A DNA stretch of 64,000 nt. Origin: Candidatus Eiseniibacteriota bacterium. GTDB taxonomy: Bacteria; Eisenbacteria; RBG-16-71-46; CAVPCR01. How positions within the stretch are numbered: the stretch's first letter is position 1; each line of letters opens with the position of its first letter. The stretch is taken from assembly GCA_963702435.1 (NCBI GenBank), contig CAVPCR010000001.1, forward strand, positions 736,001-800,000, written 5' to 3'. A model generated the notes under the pieces. It searched no databases. It saw only the letters and a list, made by a program, of their open reading frames with translations, and was not told where the DNA came from. Positions 10,421 through 18,890 of the stretch are shown in pieces. The position numbers and the translations under genes were made by a program.

Positions 10421-13018
10421 ATGCAGTCCATTCAGCGATTTACGGTTGTTCCGAACATCCCGGACGGTCTTCAGCCGCTCCTCGAGATCGCCCGCAACCT
10501 GTGGTGGACGTGGACCCCCGACGCCATGGAGCTCTTCCGGAGCGTCGACCCCCAGCTCTGGGACCAGAGCCACCACAACCCGATCCAGCTCCTCGGGCTC
10601 ATCGGGCAGGACCGGCTCCGCGAGCTCACGACCGACGAGGTCTTCCTCGCCCACATGAATCGAATTCGCCGGGAGCTCGATCGCTACATGAGCTTCACGA
10701 CCTGGTACGAGCGCGTCCACGCCGACGCGCTCGGCATGAAGGTCGCTTACTTCTCCGCCGAGTTCGGCATTCACGAGTGCCTCCCGCTCTACTCGGGCGG
10801 CCTCGGCATCCTCGCCGGGGACCATCTCAAGTCGGCGAGCGACCTCGGGCTACCGCTCACCGGCGTCGGGCTCTGCTATCGCGTCGGCTACATGCGCCAG
10901 TACCTGAACCGCGACGGCTGGCAGCAGGAGACGATGCAGGAGAACGACTTCTACAATCTGCCGATGTCGCTCGAGCGGAAGCCCGACGGCATGCCCTACA
11001 TGGTCCAGGTCGAGCTCCCCGGGCGCCCGCTCTACGCCCGCATCTGGCGCGTGCAGGTCGGCCGCGTGCCGCTCTTCCTCCTCGATGCCAACGTGCTCGA
11101 GAACAGCCCGACCGATCGCGAGATCACGAACCAGCTCTACGGCGGCGACAACGAGCTCCGCATGAAGCAGGAGATCCTCCTCGGGGTCGGCGGCGTGCGC
11201 GCGCTCGCCGCGATGGGCATCGAGCCCACCGTCTATCACATGAACGAGGGACACTCGGCCTTCCTCGCCCTCGAACGAATGGCGCTCCTCCATCAGAAGC
11301 TCGGGCTCACCTGGCAGGAGGCGAAGGAGGCCGTCCACGCCTCGACCGTCTTCACCACGCACACGCCCGTCCCCGCCGGGAACGACGTCTTCACGCCCGA
11401 GCTCATGCGCGGCTACTTCGGCGGTTACCCCGCCCGGAGCGCCATGAGCATGGACGAGCTCCTCGCCCTCGGTCGCCAGGATCCTGACGATCCGAACGAG
11501 GGCTTCTGCATGACCGTGCTCGCGCTCCGCACCGCCGGCCGCTCGAACGGGGTGAGCGAGCTCCACGCGAGCGTGTCGCGCCGCATGTGGCAGCGGGTGT
11601 GGCCCGGCGTGCCCGACCACGAGATCCCGATCGCGCCCATCACCAACGGGATCCACACCGCCTCCTGGTTCTCGACCGAGATCGCGCGCCTCTACGACCG
11701 CTACCTCGGGCCGCGCTGGTTCGAGGAGCCGACCGCCCACCGGATCTGGGAGCGGGTGGACCACATTCCCGACTCCGAGCTCTGGCGGAGCCGCGAGCGG
11801 CTCCGCGAGCGCCTGATCGCCTACGCGCGCGGCCGGCTCCGCTGGCAGCTCGAGCGGCGCGGCGTGCACCGCACCGCCGCCAAGTTCACGAACGAGGTGC
11901 TCGATCCCGAGGTGCTCACGATCGGCTTCGCGCGCCGCTTCGCGACCTACAAGCGCGCGACCCTCCTCTTCCGCGATCCGGAGCGGCTCGCCCGCATCAT
12001 CAACCGCGAGGACCAGCCGATCCAGTTCATCTTCGCCGGCAAGGCGCATCCCAAGGATCATCTGGGCAAGGAGCTGATCCGCGAGATCATCCATCTGGTC
12101 GGGCGCGAGGAGTTCCGCCGTCGGGTCGTCTTCCTCGAGGATTACGACATCGAGATGGCCAAGGTGCTGATCGCGGGCGTGGATATCTGGCTCAACACAC
12201 CGCGCCGCCCGCTCGAGGCGAGCGGCACCTCGGGTATGAAAGTACCGGTGAACGGCGGGATCAACGTCTCGGTGCTCGACGGCTGGTGGTGCGAGGGCTT
12301 CCGCGGCGACAACGGCTGGGCCATCGGCCACGGCGAGGAGTACGAGGACCACGGCTACCAGGACGAGCTCGAGAGCCTCGCGCTCTACGACCTCCTCGAG
12401 TCCGAGGTGGCGCCGCTCTTCTACAAGCGCGGAGCCGACGGCCTGCCGCGCGACTGGATCGGCATGGTGAAGGCCTCGATGCGCACCATCATTCCGGTCT
12501 TCAACACCAACCGCATGACCGAGGACTACTGCCAGCGCTTCTACCTGCCCGCCTCGCTCCAGTGGCGCGTGCTCTCCTCCGGCAACATGGCGGAGGCTCG
12601 CAAGTTCGCGACCTGGAAGCAGAAGATCGCGAGCCAGTGGCACGCGGTCGAGGTGCTCGAGGTCAGGGCGGAGACGGCGCAGGAGTTCAAGGTGGGCGAG
12701 GAAGTGCCCGTGACCGTGATGACGCAGCTCGGCGCAATCGCGCCCGAGGACGTCACGGTCGATGCGGTCACCGGCCTCGTGAGCCCCAAGGGCGAGATCG
12801 TGGCCGGGGTGCCGCACGTGCTCGAGTGGTCGGCGGCTGGGCCCGAGCGGGGCGAGCACGTGTTCAAGGGAACCGTGCCCTGCGCGACGAGCGGGCGTCA
12901 CGGGTTCGCGGTCCGCATCACGCCGTTCACGCGCGGTCTCGCCGCCAACCCGTTCGAGATGCGGCTCATCCGCTGGTGGGGCGAGCCGGCGGAGACGATG
13001 GTGACCATGCCGGCGTAG
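10421..13018 (+). CDS. glgP: Alpha-glucan (glycogen/starch) phosphorylase
   Basis: AYFSAEFG, YSGGLGILAGD, HMNEGH, GFARRFATYKRA and the PLP site EASGTSGMK. Confidence 0.97.
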   Translation: MQSIQRFTVVPNIPDGLQPLLEIARNLWWTWTPDAMELFRSVDPQLWDQSHHNPIQLLGLIGQDRLRELTTDEVFLAHMNRIRRELDRYMSFTTWYERVHADALGMKVAYFSAEFGIHECLPLYSGGLGILAGDHLKSASDLGLPLTGVGLCYRVGYMRQYLNRDGWQQETMQENDFYNLPMSLERKPDGMPYMVQVELPGRPLYARIWRVQVGRVPLFLLDANVLENSPTDREITNQLYGGDNELRMKQEILLGVGGVRALAAMGIEPTVYHMNEGHSAFLALERMALLHQKLGLTWQEAKEAVHASTVFTTHTPVPAGNDVFTPELMRGYFGGYPARSAMSMDELLALGRQDPDDPNEGFCMTVLALRTAGRSNGVSELHASVSRRMWQRVWPGVPDHEIPIAPITNGIHTASWFSTEIARLYDRYLGPRWFEEPTAHRIWERVDHIPDSELWRSRERLRERLIAYARGRLRWQLERRGVHRTAAKFTNEVLDPEVLTIGFARRFATYKRATLLFRDPERLARIINREDQPIQFIFAGKAHPKDHLGKELIREIIHLVGREEFRRRVVFLEDYDIEMAKVLIAGVDIWLNTPRRPLEASGTSGMKVPVNGGINVSVLDGWWCEGFRGDNGWAIGHGEEYEDHGYQDELESLALYDLLESEVAPLFYKRGADGLPRDWIGMVKASMRTIIPVFNTNRMTEDYCQRFYLPASLQWRVLSSGNMAEARKFATWKQKIASQWHAVEVLEVRAETAQEFKVGEEVPVTVMTQLGAIAPEDVTVDAVTGLVSPKGEIVAGVPHVLEWSAAGPERGEHVFKGTVPCATSGRHGFAVRITPFTRGLAANPFEMRLIRWWGEPAETMVTMPA

Positions 13019-13096
13019 AGGCGCGCCCGCAGCGCGCAGGCGGCAGCGCGCAGGCCCGCAGCACCCAGCAGCAGCACGCAGCAGCAGCCACCAGCA

Positions 13097-13132
13097 GAGA
13101 AGGGGGTGTTCCGCAAGGAACACCCCCTTCTC
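13097..13132. terminator. Perfect 16-bp hairpin between convergent glgP and ferredoxin
   Basis: GAGAAGGGGGTGTTCC-GCAA-GGAACACCCCCTTCTC. Confidence 0.85.
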
Positions 13133-13153
13133 ATCGTCTGGCGCCGCCCTGGT

Positions 13154-13462
13154 CTAGCCGAGACCGAGCTTCTTCTTCTTCTCCTCGGCCGTGGGAAGAG
13201 GATCGAGCTTCTCGTTGAATACCGGCAGTCCCGGCGCCTTCTCGGCGTTGACCGCGATCCACGACTGCTCCGATTCCGGCACATCGTCCTCGGCGAAGAT
13301 CGCCTCGACGGGGCATTCGGGGACGCAGGCCCCGCAATCGATGCACTCGTCGGGGTCGATGTACAGGCAGCGGTCGTCGCCGTGGAAACAATCCACCGGG
13401 CAGACGGTGACGCAGTCGGTGAAGCGGCAATCCTGGCAGTTGCTGGTTACCACATACGTCAT
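13154..13462 (-). CDS. fdxA: Ferredoxin, 7Fe/8Fe FdxA type
   Basis: MTYVVT..C..C.FTDCV.VCPVDCF...IDPDECIDCGACVPECP. Confidence 0.93.
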   Translation of the reverse strand: MTYVVTSNCQDCRFTDCVTVCPVDCFHGDDRCLYIDPDECIDCGACVPECPVEAIFAEDDVPESEQSWIAVNAEKAPGLPVFNEKLDPLPTAEEKKKKLGLG

Positions 13463-13751
13463 AGGAATCCCATCCTTTCCGGCATCGCCGCGGTGCGGGT
13501 GCGCGTGCGAACCGGCGCCTCCTCCGCCCAACGGACCTCAGCGGCACGAACTCTAGACGACGCGACGCCCGTCGCCAAGCCCGAAGTGAGCGCCGAGCGA
13601 TCGTGCAACAGATTGTATTATAATGACTTATACATCAAGCTCGAACCCCCGTGCGGCCCGCCCCGGGGACCCGGGCCTTGTGGCATGATGGCGGCTCGCC
13701 CGAGCGTCCGTCCAGTGCGATCGCCGCCATCGAACCGGGAGAGCGAACCCG

Positions 13752-14855
13752 ATGCCGAACCCGACCCCGTCCACCCCGAGCCTCACCTATCGCGCCAGCG
13801 GCGTGGACGCCGAGGGCGCTGCGCAGGGCCTCAAGGGCCTGCTCGGTTCGCTTCGCCGCACGATCGCGCTCCGCCCCGCGGGCGAGGGCCGCGTGCTCCT
13901 CGACTTCGGCCACTACGCGAACGTGATCCAGGTCGGCGGGACCGGGCTCGCCATCTCGACCGACGGCGTCGGATCGAAGATCCTCGTCGCCGAGATGGCG
14001 GGCGTGTTCGACACGCTCGGTATCGATCTCGTCGCGATGAACGTGAACGATCTCCTCTGCGTCGGTGCCGAGCCGCTGGCGATGGTGGATTACATCGCCG
14101 TGCGACGGCTCGAGGACAAGCTCCTCGCCGATCTCGGCCGCGGCCTCCTCGCCGGCGCCGTCGAGGCGCGCATCACGATCCCGGCCGGCGAGCTCGCGCA
14201 GCTTCCCGACATGCTCATCGGCCCGCGGCCCGACCAGGCTCTCGACCTGGTCGGCACCGCCGTCGGCGTGGTCCAGCCCGACCGCCTCCTCCTCGGCGAC
14301 GCGATCGCCGCCGGGGATCTCGTCTACGGCTTCGCCGCGACCGGCCTCCACTCGAACGGTTACACGCTCGCGCGGCGCGTCCTCCTCGAGCGCGCCGGGC
14401 TCGATCTCGACAGCCATGTCCCCGAGCTCGGCCGCACGCTCGCGGCAGAACTCCTCGAACCCACGCGCATCTACGTCGCGCTCGCGCTCGATCTCCTCGG
14501 CTCGGGCCACGTGCACGGCTTCGCCCACATCACGGGCGACGGCCTGCGGAACCTCCTCCGCCTCCACCCGCGCGCGAGCTACGACTTCCAGGCCCTCCCC
14601 ACGCCGCCCCCGATCTTCGCGCTCATCGCCGCGCACGGCCCGATCGCCGCGACCGAGATGGTCGCGACTTTCAACATGGGCATCGGCTTCATCGCGGTGG
14701 TCGCGCCTGCCGGCGCGGACGCTGTCACCGTCGCCGCTCGGCGCCACGGGATCGCCGCCCACTTCCTCGGCACGGCGGCCGCCGACGGGCGGCGCGAGAT
14801 CCGCTGCGCGGCACCGCGCTTCCGCGCCACGCTCGACGGAGTCGCCGCGAGCTGA
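13752..14855 (+). CDS. purM: Phosphoribosylformylglycinamidine cyclo-ligase
   Basis: YRASGVD, STDGVGSK, GIDLVAMNVND, GLHSNGYTL, AHITGDG, FNMGIG. Confidence 0.95.
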   Translation: MPNPTPSTPSLTYRASGVDAEGAAQGLKGLLGSLRRTIALRPAGEGRVLLDFGHYANVIQVGGTGLAISTDGVGSKILVAEMAGVFDTLGIDLVAMNVNDLLCVGAEPLAMVDYIAVRRLEDKLLADLGRGLLAGAVEARITIPAGELAQLPDMLIGPRPDQALDLVGTAVGVVQPDRLLLGDAIAAGDLVYGFAATGLHSNGYTLARRVLLERAGLDLDSHVPELGRTLAAELLEPTRIYVALALDLLGSGHVHGFAHITGDGLRNLLRLHPRASYDFQALPTPPPIFALIAAHGPIAATEMVATFNMGIGFIAVVAPAGADAVTVAARRHGIAAHFLGTAAADGRREIRCAAPRFRATLDGVAAS

Positions 14856-14889
14856 GGGCAAGCGCGATGAGGGCAAGCGCGATGAGGGC
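14853..14889. repeat. 15-bp tandem repeat starting at the purM stop codon
   Basis: TGAGGGCAAGCGCGA x2 plus a partial copy. Confidence 0.85.
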
Positions 14890-15075
14890 GGGCGAGCCGC
14901 TCACGCGCACAGTCAGCCGCCTTGTCCACCACCGCTGACACGTCCATCGCAAACGCGAGCGGTCGCTGACAGCGCATTCCCTCCGGCGTCCAGCTAGTCT
15001 TCGCTCCTCACCCGCGGGCCCGCGGCGTCTCGATCTCCATCCACGATGCAACGTCTGCCACGACAAGGAGACACG

Positions 15076-15285
15076 ATGTCGAGCCGACTCCTCTCTGCCA
15101 TCGACAAGCTGCGCGGCGTCCGGACGCGAGACGCCGCGACCCTCTCCGCGCCGACCCCGCCGCCCGCCCCGCCGGTGGCGCCGGACATCGAGGCCGCCGT
15201 CACCATGTTCCTCGCGGAGTTGCGGGACCATCCCGCGTTCCGCTGCGCTCATCCGCGTCACCTGGAGCAGCCGAACGGCGAGTGA
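15076..15285 (+). CDS. Pup/UBact-like small protein modifier (69 aa, C-terminus ...EQPNGE)
   Basis: Strong RBS AAGGAGA; Pro-rich disordered middle, short helix and Q-x-x-G-E terminus; immediately upstream of a PafA-family gene. Confidence 0.7.
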   Translation: MSSRLLSAIDKLRGVRTRDAATLSAPTPPPAPPVAPDIEAAVTMFLAELRDHPAFRCAHPRHLEQPNGE

Positions 15286-15373
15286 ACGCGCGTCTCGGCG
15301 CCCGCTGCCACCCGGACCCGGAACCCCGACCCGGAGCCCAGCTCGACTCGACCCTCGGAATCGCGACCCCGTC

Positions 15374-17233
15374 ATGCGTACCACCGTCATCATGGGGCTC
15401 GAGCTCGAGCTGGGTCTCCTCAACGCACCCGAGCTCACGACGCGCCGCGATCGCGCCTGCGCGAGCCTCTTGGCGACCGTGGCCGGCATGATGCCGCACG
15501 CCCCCGGGCTCTACCCCAAGCAGCAGCACGCGGTCTTCCTCGCCAACGGCGCCGCGTTCGGGCTCGAGCCGCCCGGCTGGCTCGTCCCCGAATACGACAC
15601 GCCCGAGTGCGCGAGCCCCTTCGAGCTCGCCGCGGCCGTCGCCGCCGGCATGCGCCTCCTCGGCGCGGCCGCCGCCCAGGTGGACGTCGAGTGGAGTCGC
15701 GAGGCCGGGGTGCGCCGCGGACCGCGGGGACCGCTCCGCTTCGTCGCGGCGAGCGATTTCTACCAGCGGGACCACCGGAGCCTCGGTCACCACGAGTGCT
15801 ACGGGATCCGGGCCCCGGCCGGCATGCAGGGCGATCTGCACCGCGCCATCCTGCCGTGGCTCGTCTATCGCCAGCTCCTCACCGAGCCGGGCTTTCTCTC
15901 GGCAGAGAACGGCACGCCGGTGGGGTTCGGGCTCTCCCCGCGGGCCCGGCACCTGGTCACGACCTGCGGCCCCGCGACGACCGCCCAGCGAGCCATGATC
16001 ACCTCGTCGCGCACCTCGCACGCCGGGAGGGGCTGGCTCCGCCTGCATGTGATCGCGGCGGGGGCCACCGTCTCCCCGTGGGCGATCGCGGTGCGCCATG
16101 GCGTGACCGCGCTCCTCCTCGGCATGGCCCGGCGCGGCTGGCAGCCGCACGCCGGGATCTACCCGCGCGATCCGGTCCGGGCTCTTCGCAGCCTGACCGC
16201 CGACCCGGATCATCCCTGCCGCACTGTCGCGACCACGACCATCACGGCGCGCGCCGCACTGGCCGAGCTCCTCGCCGCGGCCCGGCGCGCCCATGGCGAA
16301 GAACCGCTTGCCCCGTGGGCGGATCGGATCCTCGGCGAGTGGGAACGCGGGCTCGCCCTCGCCGGGAAATCAGGCGCCCCGGCACCCGGCAACTCGGTGC
16401 CCGCGAGCGACGACGGCGGCGACGCGGCGCTCTACCTCGAGCACGTCCTCCGCCGCCGGCTCCTCGGCGGGCTCCTCGCCGAGGCCGGCGTCACCGAGCG
16501 GGAGTTCCACTTCTGGTTCCGCTTCCTCCACCACGTCGACGCGTTTCGCCGCAACGGCGCGGCGGCGCTGCCCCACGCGGCGAGCGGTGAGGTGCTCCGC
16601 GCCCTCGTCTTGCCCGAGCGCCTCCCCGCCCTCGACGCGATGCTGGCCGCGGGCAGCGTCTCGTGGAGCGATCTGCCGCCGAAGCGCCGTCTCATCGAGC
16701 GGATGTGCAGCGCCGACATCGAGCTCTCGTGCGTCGCCGGAGGCATCGCCGACCGGCAGAGCCGGCTCCGCGCCGCCCGCGGCGCCGAAGTCGTGAGCGA
16801 GGAGGAGGTCGCCCGCGCCCTCTACCAACCGCCGGCGGGGACGCGGGCCGCGGCCCGCGCTGTGCTCATCCGGCAGCATGCCGGCGACCGCTCGCTGCGT
16901 GCGACGTGGAACGAGGTGCAGTGCGCGGGCCGGCGCCACCGGATGCCGTCCCCGCTCTCGAACCGCCCGGTGCGAACGCGGGCCGTGTCGCAAGCGGGAG
17001 TGCTGCCTCGGGACCGCGGCGATCTCGGCGATCTCGGCGATCTCGGCGCCATCCCGGAGCCGCGGGACCCGCGTCCTCACGCGGACGCTCCCCGGCGGTC
17101 GCCGGCGGGGGCGGCATGGCGCGCCCACCGGCAGTGCCAGCGCGAGCGCCGTCTGTACGGGGTCACCTCCCCACTCGGACCGCTCTTCGCCGGGCTCCGG
17201 GAAGAACCACCCGCCGGCGACGCCGATCCCTAG
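15374..17233 (+). CDS. PafA/Dop (Pup ligase/deamidase) family protein, divergent
   Basis: Collinear motifs GLELE (GhExE), FLANG, PEYDTPEC, GHHECY, RQ, SPRA, RLHVI, PPAGTRA, TW, MPSP. Confidence 0.88.
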   Translation: MRTTVIMGLELELGLLNAPELTTRRDRACASLLATVAGMMPHAPGLYPKQQHAVFLANGAAFGLEPPGWLVPEYDTPECASPFELAAAVAAGMRLLGAAAAQVDVEWSREAGVRRGPRGPLRFVAASDFYQRDHRSLGHHECYGIRAPAGMQGDLHRAILPWLVYRQLLTEPGFLSAENGTPVGFGLSPRARHLVTTCGPATTAQRAMITSSRTSHAGRGWLRLHVIAAGATVSPWAIAVRHGVTALLLGMARRGWQPHAGIYPRDPVRALRSLTADPDHPCRTVATTTITARAALAELLAAARRAHGEEPLAPWADRILGEWERGLALAGKSGAPAPGNSVPASDDGGDAALYLEHVLRRRLLGGLLAEAGVTEREFHFWFRFLHHVDAFRRNGAAALPHAASGEVLRALVLPERLPALDAMLAAGSVSWSDLPPKRRLIERMCSADIELSCVAGGIADRQSRLRAARGAEVVSEEEVARALYQPPAGTRAAARAVLIRQHAGDRSLRATWNEVQCAGRRHRMPSPLSNRPVRTRAVSQAGVLPRDRGDLGDLGDLGAIPEPRDPRPHADAPRRSPAGAAWRAHRQCQRERRLYGVTSPLGPLFAGLREEPPAGDADP

Positions 17234-17253
17234 CCCACCTCCTGGCCCACTCC

Positions 17254-18492
17254 CTATCCCACCTTGCGCTCGGCGGGCGCGCTCTCGAGGCCGAGCTCCT
17301 CGAGCAAGGCCGCGGCGGTGTCGGATGCGATCACGATCTCGTTGACCGCCCCGGCGGCGATGAGCGCGCAGAGCGCTCCGGCGGCGCGGGGGCCGGCCGC
17401 CGCGACGACGACGCCGCGCCCGCGCAGGTACTGCGGGCGCGCCCGCTCCGCGACGCGCCGGAGATCCGCGGGCGCCGCTCCGGTCGAGAGCCGATTCTCG
17501 GTCGCGACGAGACGGCGGCATGCGGGATCGGCATCGCGCGCGGCAAGGAGATGCCCGTTCCACTCGCCGGCGACCCCGGCCGCCGCAAGCTCCGCCGCCT
17601 CTCGCACCGGGAGGTCGAGAAGCGACGGCTCGCCCGCGCCCTCATCGCCCGGGTCGGGATCTCCCCCGATCGACCGCACGCTCGTGAACACCGTGTCGAT
17701 GCGGTCGATCATGGGCAGGGGCCGGTCGGGCGCACGCGACCGCGCGCCCAGAATTCCATGAACGGTCGAGTCGGCCTCGATCTCGGCCCGCAGCGCCGCG
17801 AGTCCGCGCTCATCCCCGAGGAACGCCCGCGGGAGCCGCGGCGGCGGTCCGAATCGCCAGACCTGACGGTCCGCAACCCCGAGCCGGAGGGCGAGGTCCG
17901 CGGCGATCCGGTTGGCCGATGCCGCGAGCGCCTGCGCGGCGCCGGCCACATGCGGCGCGAGGAGCCGCTCCCCGCCGAGCGCGACGACCGTGAGGAGCGC
18001 GGGGTCGACGGCGGGCAGGGCGCAGAGGTCGATGATGCGCCGCGGCATCATGCCGCCGGTCACCCCCATCACGTGCGGGTTCTGTGCGGCGAGCGCGAGG
18101 TCCGCCGCGAGGAGATCGGCCGCGAACGCCGCCACGCGACGGGCGGACTCGTGCGGCCGCCCGAGCGCGGCCGGGATCACCCGCACGCGGGCCACCCCCT
18201 CCGGCTCGAGGCGCTCCTCGAGGCGGCGCGTGAGACGCGGATCGGTGATGGTGGCCGCGATCCGGTCCAGCTCGGGGGGCGCGAGATGCAGGAGCGGCAG
18301 GCTCTCGCCGAGGATCCTCTCCTCACGAGCGCGGCAGAGAGCGCGCGCCACCGTCGACACCGATGTGTTCTCGTGCGCGGCGATCTCCTCCTGTTTCAAC
18401 CCCATGCGCGCGAGCACCGCGATCCGGAGCATCGCCGCGATGCTCTCCTCGACGCGGGTGCGCGGGCTGTACATGGAGCGCGGCCCGACCAT
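17254..18492 (-). CDS. SorC/DeoR/CggR-family transcriptional regulator (HTH plus sugar-binding domain)
   Basis: QEEIAAHENTSVSTVARAL..ARE HTH; GVTGG, VVALGG, GVAGEWNG, VVVAAAG, GAVNEIV; GAGGAGG RBS. Confidence 0.82.
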   Translation of the reverse strand: MVGPRSMYSPRTRVEESIAAMLRIAVLARMGLKQEEIAAHENTSVSTVARALCRAREERILGESLPLLHLAPPELDRIAATITDPRLTRRLEERLEPEGVARVRVIPAALGRPHESARRVAAFAADLLAADLALAAQNPHVMGVTGGMMPRRIIDLCALPAVDPALLTVVALGGERLLAPHVAGAAQALAASANRIAADLALRLGVADRQVWRFGPPPRLPRAFLGDERGLAALRAEIEADSTVHGILGARSRAPDRPLPMIDRIDTVFTSVRSIGGDPDPGDEGAGEPSLLDLPVREAAELAAAGVAGEWNGHLLAARDADPACRRLVATENRLSTGAAPADLRRVAERARPQYLRGRGVVVAAAGPRAAGALCALIAAGAVNEIVIASDTAAALLEELGLESAPAERKVG

Positions 18493-18890
18493 GGCCCACC
18501 TCCTCGGGTGTGGATATCCGTTGTGGATGGCAGTGGGTGAACGACCGCCGCGAACGCCGCGCCCACGCCGCGGCGACTGCGCCGGATGCAGATGCTCGGA
18601 CCCGGATCAGGACAGACGTGACGTTGCAGGAGGCGGTGACCCGGGCGGCGAGAGAGTGTGGATAAGTCGGTGATCGCAGCTGATCGGCGTGGCCATCGCG
18701 AACATCCTTGGCGGAGGTCTTCAAGCGCGGGCGACGGGAGAGAGCGCGACGTCGTGCCGTCATCTTAGCTGCTCGCTGCGGAGCGTGCACGCACTTTCAC
18801 GCCCGCGCCGGGCCGGCGCGCTGCAGTGCGCGCGGCGGCGCGCGCCGCCCGTTGACAACTCGCCCGGCGCCCCGCACGCTCGCGGGCACG

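Noticed and set aside
17254..18492. Calling the regulator LsrR because lsrF is in the window
   Set aside because: It is ~26 kb away, highly divergent, and no other lsr genes are present.
18493..18890. Replication origin
   Set aside because: Only one perfect DnaA box, no AT-rich unwinding element and no dnaA/dnaN context.
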